Part shown: positions 19,621 to 32,164 of the stretch, piece by piece
Layout of the letters: each line of letters begins with the position of its first letter
How positions within the stretch are numbered: position 1 is the stretch's first letter
Assembly: GCA_002633005.1 (NCBI GenBank)
Contig: NMRA01000579.1
Location: 219,120-265,324, forward strand
Length of the DNA stretch: 46,205 bases
Source: Phoronis australis
Lineage: Eukaryota; Animalia; Phoronida
Direction: 5' to 3'
Notes under the pieces: model-generated
The model's database searches: none
What the model was told of the DNA's origin: nothing
The model's input: the letters and a program-made list of their open reading frames with translations, nothing else
Translations under genes and position numbers: made by a program

Positions 19621-22189
19621 GTGACGTTTCAAAACTTCCGCGAGAAAGATTTGACAGGCTTGTAGGGCTTTGGTGAAGCCCAGAGCATTGGCTGCCCCTG
19701 CGTCGATCTACTCATGGACCCGGTAGTAATTAGAGAAATAAAAAAGATTAAACATGAAGTTGAAACTTTATTCAATTTAACTACATATCAGTCAGAATTT
19801 GAAAAAGTTTGTATTAGTTGGATTCCCCGACAATGTGAATGCCTGGGGCAGTCGCTCCGTCGCCCACAGCTCCCCCCCCTTCTGCACAGTGCTTTGATTC
19901 TTAGTCTCGCATCCAGTCTCCATAGTTAGCATTAGAGTCAGGGACCAGTTCTAAAACAATGCCATTTGGTCAGATTTTTTTGCTACCGTTGACTACAATC
20001 TGAATTGTACGCGTACTTAATGTCTCCTATCGACTATGAATATTAACTTTCTGTCCTAATATTCAAATACTTATTCAATAGCTGTTCAGTGATTTCAAGT
20101 CTTCAGGCTGTTCCTTCTTGGATAACCTTTGTAAGAGACGAAACAGCCGTACATTGACGTACTGTGCCTGTGTCTATGGTGTAAATCAAAAGAAAATGCT
20201 CGCGGGCTCCGTCGTCAGCAGTAGTGGTGTCACAGCGGCGCGTTTATCATCTGAATTACAAGTCAAATTACCTCAGTTAAGAATGTAACAGCGTACTTTT
20301 TCAGCTCAGCTGATTTAAATGCATCGCCAACGAGCCTCCCATTTGGCAATGTGGGTAAAAACGGTCCGCCTCAGAGAAAGAAAAAGACCGAGAAAACGAG
20401 ACAAAGTCCACAGGAATTCGGTGCGAATGCACAATTCAAAGGTCTGAACGTAGTACCCCGGTTCTGGGTTCCCTTTTTTGTTCAGTAAAAGGCCCACATA
20501 CTGAAAAATTCGAACCCCCAATGTTTCAGGCTGGGTGCGTGCATGGAGTAGGGGATATCTTTTATGAATTGCGCTTTAATCGGCTTGCAAAAAAGACGAT
20601 CAACCAAAATCATTCTCCATGAGGTATACAAGTACCAGGAGAAAGCCAACCGGAAGAAACCCTGACCTCGACTGGGAATGAATCATCGCCGGAAACAACT
20701 GGACGTCATGAGGGCACAGCATCAGCTGGGAGAGGGGAAGTGGGCACGAGTTATGGTGGAAGAGCACAGATCAGAATGATATGAAAACATGCATGTGCCA
20801 CTGTTTCCTATATAGAAACAATTTGACCAAATTTATGAAATTTCACCGAAGAAATCAAGTTATAGAAACTACAACCAGGGAGCCAGCAGTAGTCAAATCA
20901 TAAACAATAGACACACACCACTGTCATAGTCATAGAAATATATTTGCAAAAAATAATGAAGCACCTTGATGGGGTTAACGAGTTACAACTGCCGAACGCC
21001 CGTAATCAAGAACAAGATGGACAGGTATGTCCTTTCCATCCGGGATAGTTGAAAACAAACAAAAATCCCACAGTTTCTATTTTTTAGTTTCTTAGTCATA
21101 CAGAAATCACCAGCATTACGTGAATTGACCTCCAAAGCACCTCATAAATGGCTAAAAGCAAGTATGGGCAAAATTTACCACAGTTTTTGCGCTTTAATTT
21201 AGGTGGAAAACCTCTTTAGAAGTGAGAAGACTGTCTTCTGATAGAGAGATTCGAATTTTTACAAAAATATTATAAACATTTTTTCTCTACCTTTTATTTG
21301 CACTGTTTTAAAACTATTTTACTTAATTTACCTAAATGAACCAAAACTGGGTTATTTTGGGCCAAAATGTTGATGATGCTCTTTAAAATGATTAACCCGA
21401 GTAATATGAAATAAACCCTTTTGAAAATATGTCACCAGGATGATACAACACAATCGACCGCGTGGAACGGCAGTTATGCTTAGAAAACCCACAGTCAAAG
21501 CGTACACGGCAAATTTATCACCGTCAGTGAGTCCTCATGAAACACTTTTTTCACATCTGAAATGCTCCACAATATGAATGAATAATTTCTTTGCCCACCA
21601 TTTTCTGTCCTTGCTCAACGTTTTCCCTCTTGCCTACTACTGCCCTCCCCCCGGCAGCCTTCTTCAATTATACTTGTGCTATGTAAATAACCGCGGCACC
21701 CAGAAGCGATCTGACACACGAATAAAGCTCACAGTTCACGCGAATTTTTAAGTCGTATATGAATGGCCTCAATTAATTATTCCCTCTTTCCCCTAAGACC
21801 TTTTGTGATACTTTGGCGCCACATCGGGAACTCCATCGAAAAGAACCAGTTCATGTAGTTTGCATGCTGGGGACCTAATTCCATTTTTGGTTTGCGCTCA
21901 GTGAGACTTCGCAACAGGTAACTATGGTAGGCGTGGCCTAACAGTGTTTGTCGGCACTGCCCATTGAGTGCATCTAATAGAACAACGGGGAGTGAATGCG
22001 CGAAGCCTCTAGTCACGTGACTCTTTTATTTCCCGCCAATGAGATTCAACTGAATATTGCTGTTCAAATCCCAAAACCAGTGCTTTTGAGACGAGAGAGA
22101 CGTGCGATTATTACTGCCAGCGATTACTACTGCGATATACGAAACCTTATTACTACTTCTACGAGATCTGTATATATTGTGAAACCTTT

Positions 22190-22230
22190 GCTACTACCAC
22201 TACTGGTACTACTACAACTACTACTACTAC
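22190..22230 (+). repeat. (CTA)n microsatellite
   Basis: ctactaccactactggtactactacaactactactactac. The flank ctacgagatct.tata is duplicated at ~22159 and ~22227. Confidence 0.8.
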
Positions 22231-22910
22231 GAGATCTATATAATATATTGTGTGGAGTGCCTGAACAAGTGATAGGCCTAATGCCTTTCATAGACACAGC
22301 TTCTGTGGATCCAACACCCAGTAAGTACTCTGCTTTTACCACACATGTTAAGTCGACGTTATGTTTGTTCGAAAACGGTTGCCAGGCAAACACCAATAAT
22401 TGACAACAAAAAGCATAACGACACAGGCCATATGCTTGGGGGTTTCTGGGGTGTGACCCTCAACAATTGCTCATTTAGATGACCAAGAATAAAAAGTTGG
22501 GTAAGGATGGAAAAAGGTGAGCAAAAATATCATTCAACTTAGAGAGTTTTGAAATGTGTGATTGCATTTTGATTCTTTATGTGTTTGTGATAGATTTGCC
22601 TTACTCTTAAATTGCGGATTTTCTTATCATTATTAAGTCTTGTATGTCAAATTCTATGGTAATAATTGAAGATCGGATGAGCCTTTTAATGGTTTTAAAG
22701 CCCGAAAGCTTCGGAATTCAACATTAATGGCTAAGCGTTGGCGTTAACTTTATGATGCAATGTTGTTAGTTATCGCTGAGTTGTTGAAACCGCAGTTCTC
22801 TTTCAAAATATTCACTGGCTTGAGTACCTGCAAAATGTCAATGGTTTATATACTTTGATAGGGCCTCATCACAAAACGTGAACCAACACAGTAGTTTTCA
22901 AGTGTTTTTG

Positions 22911-23241
22911 TCGCCATAATGGAAACTATCGTGGAAATTTATTGAAAACCATGTCTAAAATACATGTTATGGCTCGTGAGAGATATAAAATAGCATTCTA
23001 GAGGTTTAATAGTCCTTCCTGACTAAAGTTAAGTTAAACGGGACAAGACGACTGTTGGACCACGTCAGTGCTAAATGACTAATTAATCCGGGGCTCTCAC
23101 GTCCAATATACACGAAAAACTAGGCCGCAAAAATGCTGAGAATGACGTCCTAATCGAACTTTTTGAAGAGCAAAAAAATTAATTTAAGAATGAAATAACC
23201 TCACTGATAATAGATTTCCACGAGGATTTCCATTAAGGCGA
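22911..23241. mobile_element. Possible decayed MITE bounded by ~33-bp inverted repeats
   Basis: tcgccataatggaaactatcgtggaaatttatt (22911) versus the reverse complement of 23209-23241, tcgccttaatggaaatcctcgtggaaatctatt. No TSD identified. Confidence 0.5.
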
Positions 23242-26200
23242 AAGATCATGCAGAACAAAATCTTAAACGGACAAAAATGTTTAAACACATCACGTCATGA
23301 CCATAACTTATCATTTAAATCATTCTCTGCCATTGGTGTAATCGTATGAATGGGATGCTAATACTAGTAGGCGTAAGTGTCAGTGAAAATTTCTATAATC
23401 ATGCCGTGGACAATTTTTATTTTCACTGAAACACTCAGCAACCCTAAACATCTCAAAATGCCGTTTTTCGAAAGCCTTATTCTGCCTAACGTTTTATCTT
23501 TTCGCATAATTGCTCCAAAATATATTTCAAGTTGTTTGGAAAAGCGCACGGCGTAATTTCGCCTAGTAAAGAGCACAGGCTACTGATAACACAGTAGCAC
23601 ATCCAACGTTTAGAATCTCTTCGAATTTTGCATCACCTCACTGTCAACGACTAAGCCGCTGGTTATCGGACTGAACCCGGCTGAGTTGAGTGAGAACTCA
23701 GACCCATGCGGGACTTCAGCCGGCCGGTAAAATAAGACTTCCGTACTGACTAATCTCTCTATAGACCTCTGAGAACAAAGATCACCACACTTCAGGCCGG
23801 CTCAGGCTGATTTTCTACTCATTGGGTACCAAGCCCGGTTATCGTTTCATTTGGACACAATGAGATATAGCTCATTGCTTCACACAAAGGTAGAGTTGAA
23901 TAACGCTAGGGCATCACTAAAAAGCAAGACTTTGAGAGATTACGTGAGATACTGTCATGTATTTTAAGTTATAACACCCGTTGTAGGTCCTAGTTTACTG
24001 AAGGGGCCGCTGGATGGCGCGTTGAACGTTTTCAAAAAAATGGCGCGGCGAATGTAAGAACCACCACATGAGACAGAATTTCGTTGAGTAGGCTTACACG
24101 CTACAGCGATTTCAAAAATGTATCCGGGTCATATAAAAACATACACCCTTGAGTACATGGGGTCTGCGGTGGTCCCGCCCGTAGGGTATCACACCATTTG
24201 CATTGAGCCTAACCCCACGCCGTCGACACTTGTCAGACTCTGACCGAATTAGGGTAAATATAACTTATAATTATTTGAATTCAGATTGTAGTGTCGACGA
24301 GGGTCACCCAAAGATCATTTGTTGTAACTATCAAGTTGTTTTTGTAATAATAAGCACCAGCCACGGTCTACGGTTTGCTGATAGCAGCAACATTGCCCGT
24401 GCACATGGCGCCACTGCGACTGCTATGCAGGCTGCTACACGGTTAGTCGGTTCAGGCGTTAATTTCCACTAAGCTAATTAAGAGTACCCCAGTTTCATAA
24501 ATAACGCTTTGGTTTTGATTTCCTGAGTCTTTGCTGCTTAGCGAAGGCATGGAATTAGTCTCGTGTCTGGGAGTATCTTTACAGTGGGGATTATCATTGG
24601 GCCTCACTGCCTCTGACCAACTAACCAGGCTCTTGAGTGTTGTGTTTGCCAGCAAAATCTCAGTTGAAACTCAGACCAATGAGCCTGAGGTTGAAATAAA
24701 TAGGAATTAGCTTGAAAATTATGCTTGAGAAAATTTTATTGAAAATTATTAATGCTACTTCGGAGGCATTTTTAAAATTATTAATCTTTTGTTTGTTCAA
24801 CAAATTTTGTCAGTTGTGTTGAAGTCCTGTATTTGTGAAATATATGAATGATGCGATAATCATAACTTCTAAAAAGCTCATTTGTCCTTCTCATTGCTTT
24901 AGTTTTATTTTTGGTTTGATAAACAACACAAACTGTACCCGAATATATACCAATATTGACCTACCGATTGGAGGCCATGCTGAATTCATATCAGTAACTT
25001 GATGGTCCATACTAATAACGTATTATCCTTATGAGTAGTCTGGAGTTGGCAATGGGGCAACTCCGGATAGTCTGGAATCAACAGAAAACCACAGATCTAT
25101 TCGACCGATTACATTTTATTGCCCGTGAAGCGGATGGTTTGGTGATAAGAGCTCGGTGGAGCGTGAAACCCCTGAGGTCCCAGTCAAGTCCTCATGACAA
25201 TTCCGGGTGCATTTTTTGTTTTACTGTTCTTAACTGATTTTTTATGTTTAAGTTATGAATCTGGTAGTCTCCTCGGCCAAGGCTGCGTAAGTCAAAAGTT
25301 GTTGTATTGCTTGATTGTTGGACAAATCTTATGCTAACAAGATTTCCACTCAAGTTGACGGTAATGCTTGCACTGTTTAGGGTACGAAGTTCAAAGTAAA
25401 AAAAAAACAAACAAAAAAAAACAAAACAAACATAAATAAGACAAACGCCCAACATGCTTTTAAAATTGAAAAGTCTTTAGTATCTGTCTTTGAATTAACA
25501 TGTATTCCTTAAGAGAAATTGGCTAATAGATTTTCTTCAGCATCTCGGCTAACCCACGACATTAGTTTTTGAATCGATTACGACAGGTGATTCAGTCCGG
25601 CTTAGGCTCGCTTAAGTGTTGTGCAGACAAAAGCCAGATGTTACATGCTGGCAACGCTCCTGGACAGTTATAGATGTTGTATTGCAGTTTGCAATCCTTA
25701 CTTGACATGAACTTAGCTGTCTGTTGGGTAAATTTCTAGTACTTGCTTTGTTTGAAAAATTACATTCAAACTGATCATTCATACAGTTCGGAACAAAATC
25801 TATAGCTGATTTGAGCCATGTTATAGTCCTTGGCCACTGACACGAACTCCGACTTGGTCGTATCACTCACATGTGAGCAAAATTGCTGAAGGTATCCCAT
25901 TGTGAATTTGCTGTTATTAATGGGTGAACTTTATTTATTTTCTGTAGGTTCTTTTTGGGATGCTGCCCTCTTAGTCGACCGACCATGGATCCATGCACCT
26001 CCACCTCCTTGTGACCCTATACCACCTGCAATTGACTATCAGCCAGTAAGGTATATGAACATGTCAATTGAATATGTTGGCCTAAAAAAGGTATTTACTC
26101 ATTGCTTTAATTTTATTTTGGTCAAATGAACAACACAAACCTTAAATGTCTTATCAGCTGTTATATTGTTTACTGACATCGCTTGCAGATAAGCAAGATC

Positions 26201-26964
26201 TTATTGGCGGTTCATGGAAGACCACACTCACTAACATTCCTGTTTTCCACCAGCTCGACCGCCTGCTTAGTGAATTCGACCTATCAACAACGCTGGGAAC
26301 ACGATTTCGTTGCCATCTGTAAACCATCATCTTGAGGAGCCTGAGCCATACTCACCACCTGCTTAGAGACACATGTCACCTGTGCCCAAAAAGAGGCTTA
26401 TCATGCCATTTGATGAGCGATGTCTACTGGTGAGCATTGTGCATCTTTGATTTGTATTTTCCATTGAGAATACAGGGAAATTTCACCAATGTAAGACACA
26501 GTATGTCTGACGAGTGAATATTTATTTTTTTTTCGTTTGTATCTTAAAAGATAGGTAGGCACCAAGTCTATGCTTTCCATTTTTAAGATCTATGAAGTAG
26601 TTTTAACCATCATACATTATAGCCTTTGACAAATGAACAATGATCAATTTTAGGAATTTACTTTCATTCGAAGTTGGTGACAATTAGACCATTTGTTAAT
26701 GCAGATGCTCTCTATTTTGTATGAAAAAGTACTCTTATTACTGCACCGTTATGCCCATAGTGGGCTTATATCCGAAATAATGATATTTTTCAAGAGTAGT
26801 TTGCATAATGGCTCATGCGCCTAAATTTTGCATGTAAGCCCAAGTAGTGTCCCCTGCATAGGCCAATACATCAATTGTACATAGGTATACTTGTTTTGAC
26901 TACTGCTGTACGTCCTATTGACATTTTTACGTTTGCCTCTCTATCGGATTGTTCTGAAACCCCC

Positions 26965-27722
26965 ACAACCCTCTCGACCCATGACCCCCTCGACCCACCA
27001 CCCCTTCGACCCACGACCTGTGGCAGTAGAGGTATCTTTGCGCTTTGTACTCATTTCATAATCTTATTACGTCGCTGGGTGACTTTCCCATAATACACGG
27101 CTACACGCAGGCTGACATCTGGTGATTAAAAATAGAAAGTGGGGTGAGAACATCGGTGGTCTTGAATAGCACGCCGTATTGTGAGCACGCTATCGTTGTC
27201 ATGGAAATAGTTCCACGAGAGGCTATCAATGACCCAGTTCTTGTAAACTTAGGGAGAGAGTACATAAACGTGAATGTACAGAATTTCACATTTTTATTAT
27301 TTGCCTTGTATTGTATACTCGTTTTCAATATACTCCGTATAACGTTACTTTTTGTGAACAGTTTGTTTTTTTCTAACTGTATTTACTGGTGAAATTACAG
27401 TTTTGTCGATTCCTCCGCAAAAACATTGAATCTGCAATTCACTGAAGAGTAGACAAGACGATAACACTCTGCTGGTAACAGCATTTGTAACGTTGGTAGG
27501 TTTTTGATTTCGTTTGGTTGCATTGCTTTTTTCTGTTTTTGACTTTCAAAGTTGCCGAATCAACTGCGTTAATTCAGGGGGAAAAACAGGGAAAAGCCAG
27601 CCGCACTCACGGCCCAACTCATTGGTCCTCAGTGCTTGTTCTATGTTCAGATGGAGTCGAGCTTGTGTAGTCTAGGTCGATGGGGTTGTGGGTCGAGGTG
27701 TGTGGGTCATGGGTTGAGGGGG
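26965..27722. mobile_element. Possible non-autonomous DNA element with inverted clusters of CGACCCA subterminal repeats
   Basis: Left end ctcgacccatgaccccctcgacccaccaccccttcgacccacgacc; right end ggttgtgggtcgaggtgtgtgggtcatgggttgaggggg. True termini and TSD are not resolved. Confidence 0.5.
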
Positions 27723-27725
27723 AGT

Positions 27726-27926
27726 ATCAGTGATATTGTGGAAATTGAGAATATCAGTGATACTGTGGAAACTGAGAATATCAGTGATATTGTGGAAATT
27801 GAGAATATCAGTGATGTTGTGGAAATTGTGAATATCAGTGATATTGTGGAAACTGAGAATATCAGTGATATTGTGGAAATTGAGAATATCAGTGATATTG
27901 TGGAAATTGAGAATATCAGTGATATT
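27726..27926 (+). repeat. 27-bp minisatellite, 7 full copies plus a partial copy
   Basis: Unit atcagtgatattgtggaaattgagaat, with few substitutions between copies. Confidence 0.97.
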
Positions 27927-29130
27927 TTGTCTAAAAAATAAGCAACATTGATCGAGCAAGTTTAGATACTGATATTAATCCGCAAGAAATAGAAGTTGCA
28001 TTAAAGAAAATGAAAAAAATACAGAAGTTAAGTAACTGAAGGTTTTACTGTTTAATTCAATAAATACTTTTGGAAGGAGTTATTTAGATCTTTAAAGTGT
28101 AGTTTTAAAATGCATGCTCTCCCAAATTCACAACTTCTGAGGGTAATTAAAGTTCTGCCAAAACCCTGTAAGCCCAGAGAATTTTTAAAAAATTGTGGAA
28201 CCTTGTACTTGTTAAATTCAAATTATAAAGTTTTGCCATCATTTTTAGCACCAAGACTGAAGAAATTTCTTGAAAAATTGATTCACCCAGATCAGTGGGT
28301 TTTTTATGTGGTTGATTTATTGGTGAAAACACCAGAACTATTAATGTCATTTCATTATACGGACTCGAGAAAACTTCCGGGTCTTGTAAAAATAGCGGAT
28401 TTTGGAGAAGTATTTGATTCATTGTCCTGGAGTTTAATGTTCTTAAGATGTTTGGGTTTGGAGATATTTTTAGGTGAAAAATTACTACTTTGTGTCATTC
28501 AAAATGTCACTGCCTCTGACTTTTTCAAAGTTGATCATGCTTAAAAATAATTATGAAGTAAAGGGAATTAACTGTGGAACCCGAGAAATAAAAATTCTAC
28601 TGTGTGCTGATGATACAATTATTGTAACAATTGGTTTTGACAAATTTTTTAAAAACGCACTGGATCTTCCGCACCAATTTGCTAAGTATTCCGGTCATAT
28701 GGACTATGGATTGGAACAAGGAAATGATACTTGATTTCACAAAAACTCCATAATGATTTAAAACAGAATTTTCGACTTAGGTGATTTACGTTAGTATGAA
28801 TCTAGACGTCAAAATGATTGATTTGAAGTTAATTCAAAACATGCTGGTATTCAGAATATCTTCCGTTCTTGGTCCAGAAGATACCCCAGTGTTCTGGGAA
28901 GATTTTGTGTTGAAATCTTTGTCAATGCCAAAGCTTATACATCTCTTCTTAAGTCTCCCATAATTGGATTTTTTTGTTTCATTTGATTTGGAATAACGTT
29001 AAAGATAGAATTTCTCATAAGACAATGGTTCAGTATTATAAAAATTGTGGTCTCAACATGATTCATATAGTTTCTTTTACTTAAGCTTTAAAGTAACCTC
29101 ATGGTTAAAAACATTAATAATTCGGCCTGG
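27927..29130 (+). pseudogene. Decayed, 5'-truncated L1/Tx1-clade LINE ORF2 (reverse transcriptase) fragment
   Basis: Motifs appear in the expected order across frameshifts: SLDTDINPQEIEVALKKMK..EGFTV*FNKYFWKE; IKVLPKP..FLKN...LLNSNYKVL..LAPRLKKFLEKLIHPDQ; DFGEVFDSLSW; IKILLCADDT (YADD equivalent); KSLSMPKLIHLFLSLP; IWNNVKDRISHKTMVQYYKNCGLNM. Confidence 0.9.
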
Positions 29131-29228
29131 ATACTTTTTTACAGAATTCGAGTCTAGTTGACATTGAAAATATGTTCTATGGAGGAAACTAGTTTTTTTA
29201 AAATGTTACCCAGTCCACAAGGAATCCT

Positions 29229-31642
29229 TTTTTTGCGTCCACATATTAGTATGTGGACGCATTATGCTGTCATCCCCGTCCGTCCGTCCAGTCGTCCGTC
29301 CAGCGTCTGCTGGTCTATCTCCAAAGCCTTTCAACATATGTTCATAAAATTTTGCACACATGTTCCTTTCGTGCATGGGACGGCATGAGCGAACTTTCGG
29401 ATGGATCTGACTATCGGTGTGCCCCCAGGTGGCAATTTTATATTTGTTAACGTTTACCTCAGTCTGTGTTTTCAAAGGTCCTCAACGTATTTTCATAAAA
29501 TTTGGCAAATAGGCATCTATCAGTGAGATTGCGCTATTCTCTCGTTTTTGGATGGATTCGACGTAGTTTGCATCACTAAGTGTCCATTTTTTGCTGTTTT
29601 TGAGTGTTTTTTTGGCGTCCACCCCTCTATCAACCAAACCGCTCTTGGGATAATTGTGAAAATTGGCATGTATATTGACTTCTTTCTATAAAGAAGACGG
29701 GTGACGATGATTTTCTGACAAATTTCGACTACTGTAGCACCTCCTAGTGGCAGTTTATTTTTTTTGCGCCCATGATTGTATCTCCTAAGTCCACTGCAGG
29801 ATCTTTATTAAATTTAGTAATTGTGTCTATATGAAGCAGCCATGACAATGTCTTTCAGGCAGATCCAGTAAATGATCTGCCCCATATTGGCAGTTTCATT
29901 TTTCTGTTTTCCTTTGTTTCTCTGAAGTTCCTTGACACATTTTTGTGAAATTTGGTAAATAGATTTCTATTAAAAATTTATGGCATGTTTCCGTTTTCAG
30001 ATGGACTCCATATTTTTGTGCCATCTAGTTGCCATTTATATGTGGACGCATTATGCTGTCATCTCTGTCCGTCCATGCGTGTTGTCGTCATCTCTGAACG
30101 TACGTTTTCCTCTGTATCTTCAAAAGTTTTGAACGGATTTTCATAAAATTTGGCATGTAGGCACCCATAAGTGAGATGACGCTATCCTTTCGTTTTTGGA
30201 TGGATTCGTTGTAGTTTGCGCCACCTAGTGGCCCTTTTTATTTTTTTCGTCATTTTTTTGTGTCCGCCCCTCTATCAACCAAACTGCTCAAAGGATGATT
30301 GTGAAAATTGGCATGTACCGGTATGTTCTTACTTTAAAGTGGACGGCTGACTAGGATTTTCCGACGACTTCAACTGCTGTGGCGCCTATTAGTAGCAGTT
30401 TTGTTTTTTTGCGCCTATGGCTGTATCTCCCAATTAAAAATGTTCATAGGATCTTTACTAAATTCAGTAAGTGTATTTGTATGATGTTATCAACGAAGGA
30501 CGGCGACTTTTAGACGGATCTGACTACTGGTGTGCCACCTAGTGGCAATTTAATTTTTTCTAAGTTAATCTCTGTGTGTTCAAGAGTTCTCAACGTATTT
30601 TCATAAAATTTGGCATACCGACATCTGTTAATGAGATGACGCTATCCCTCTGTTTTCAGATGGATTCGACCTAGTTTGCACCACCTAGTGGCCATTTTTG
30701 TTGTTTTCGAGTCTAGTCTGTTTTTTGGCGTCCACTCGTCTATTAACCAAACCACTTTCAGGATAATTGTGAAAATTGACATGTATGTTTTTACTATGAA
30801 GTGGATGGCTGACGACGATTTTCCTATGAGTTTGACTACTGTGGCACCTCCTAGTGGCTGTTTTGTTTTTTGCACTTATGGCTGTATCTCCTAAACCATT
30901 TGCAGCATCTTTACTTAGTTTAACAAGTGTATTTATATGATGTTGACAACGGACGACGACGACTTTCGAACGGATCTGACTACTGCTGGGCCCCCTAGTG
31001 GCAATTTTAGTTTTTACATTTGCCAGTCCGTATTTTCAATGGTCCTCAACAGATTTTAATAAAATTTTGAATATGGGCATCTATTGGTGAGATGACGCTA
31101 TCATCCTGTTTTTGAATGGAATCGAGTTATTTTGCGCCACCTGGTGGCCATTTTTTTGCTGTTTTCTAATCTTGTTTTTGGCGTCTGCCTTTTGATCAAC
31201 CAAATCATTCTAGGGATGGTTTTGAAAATTGGCGTATATGTTTTCAGTGTGGAGAGGATGTTTGATGATGGCGACTGACTATTGTGGCGCCTCCTTGTTG
31301 TAGTTTTGTTTTGAATTGCGCCCATAGCTGTATCTCCAAAATGCACTGCAGGATCTTTGTTAATTTTAGTAAGTGAACTTACATGAAGATAACAGCCGAC
31401 GACTATCAGACGGATGGAACGGAAACTGTGCCCTCAAATGGCAATTTCATTTTGCTCTGTTTTCCTTTGTTTCTCTGAAGTTCCTTGACAGATTTTTATG
31501 TAATATGGCATGTTCCCGTTTTTGGATGGATTGCACGTTTTTACGCCATCTAGTGACCATTTTTGTTATACAAATAACCCTAAAAGCACACCATTTGCGA
31601 TGCATTCGTGGGCGCATTTCAACGCTCGGCGATGCTCTTGTT
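29229..31642 (+). mobile_element. Helentron-associated (HINE/DINE-1-like) non-autonomous element, two head-to-tail copies carrying ~150-bp tandem monomers
   Basis: T-run followed by the inverted pair tgcgtccacat (29234-29244) / atgtggacgca (29251-29261), a (CCGT)n microsatellite at 29276-29301 and internal tandem repeats. The 3' end has a sub-TIR gtgggcgca (31608), a short stem-loop and ctcttgtt. A second head atgtggacgcattatgctgtcatc begins at 30040. Confidence 0.75.
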
Positions 31643-32164
31643 AAATGTCTCAATTTGAGTTCCCCAGCTGTGCGTTAATGTTAATGAATAAGGTAATTGT
31701 GAACTTGCAGTTAATTGATCATTCTTGGTTTTTCTTTCTTTAGGTTTGGATCTTTGTGACCTTCGCTGCCTGTCATTGACCATCAGACAATCAACTGCAT
31801 GCATTAATGAATGTCGCATCTACGCTTGCCTTCATCGACTAGTGGCATATTGACTACATCAAGGGATGGCACCTGCCTGCCATCAGCTGCAGATGAACTG
31901 AAGTTCAGGGAGTTCTTTTACACCTGCAGTGCTAAACATACTCAGAAGGGTTCACAGGTCAACCACCCAAATTTGCAAATCTTAAATTGAAATGTTCATA
32001 TGTTGTGTGATGTCTACATTTAATTACTACAGTCGCATGAGACTTTCATGAAATTAATAGTTAGTGTCTTTGTGAGAGCCAGTTTGCCAAAAATTTTAGC
32101 TCCAAAAATCTGCATTTTGTTCACCATTCGGTAACTCGTAATTTCATGTAAATTCATTTCGCGG

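Noticed and set aside
21810-22045. Promoter-like cluster: palindromic agtcacgtgact E-box at 22011-22022 and CCAAT at ~22036
   Set aside because: Short motifs with no associated gene or start-site evidence.
24005-24050. CTCF-like ccgctggatggcgc and YY1-like aaaatggcg motifs
   Set aside because: Isolated short matches with no supportable downstream gene.
27726-27926. 27-bp repeats as a CRISPR array or as an ISDIVEIEN repeat protein
   Set aside because: The units are contiguous with no unique spacers, there are no cas genes, and the context is eukaryotic. The ORFs on both strands are by-products of a stop-free unit.
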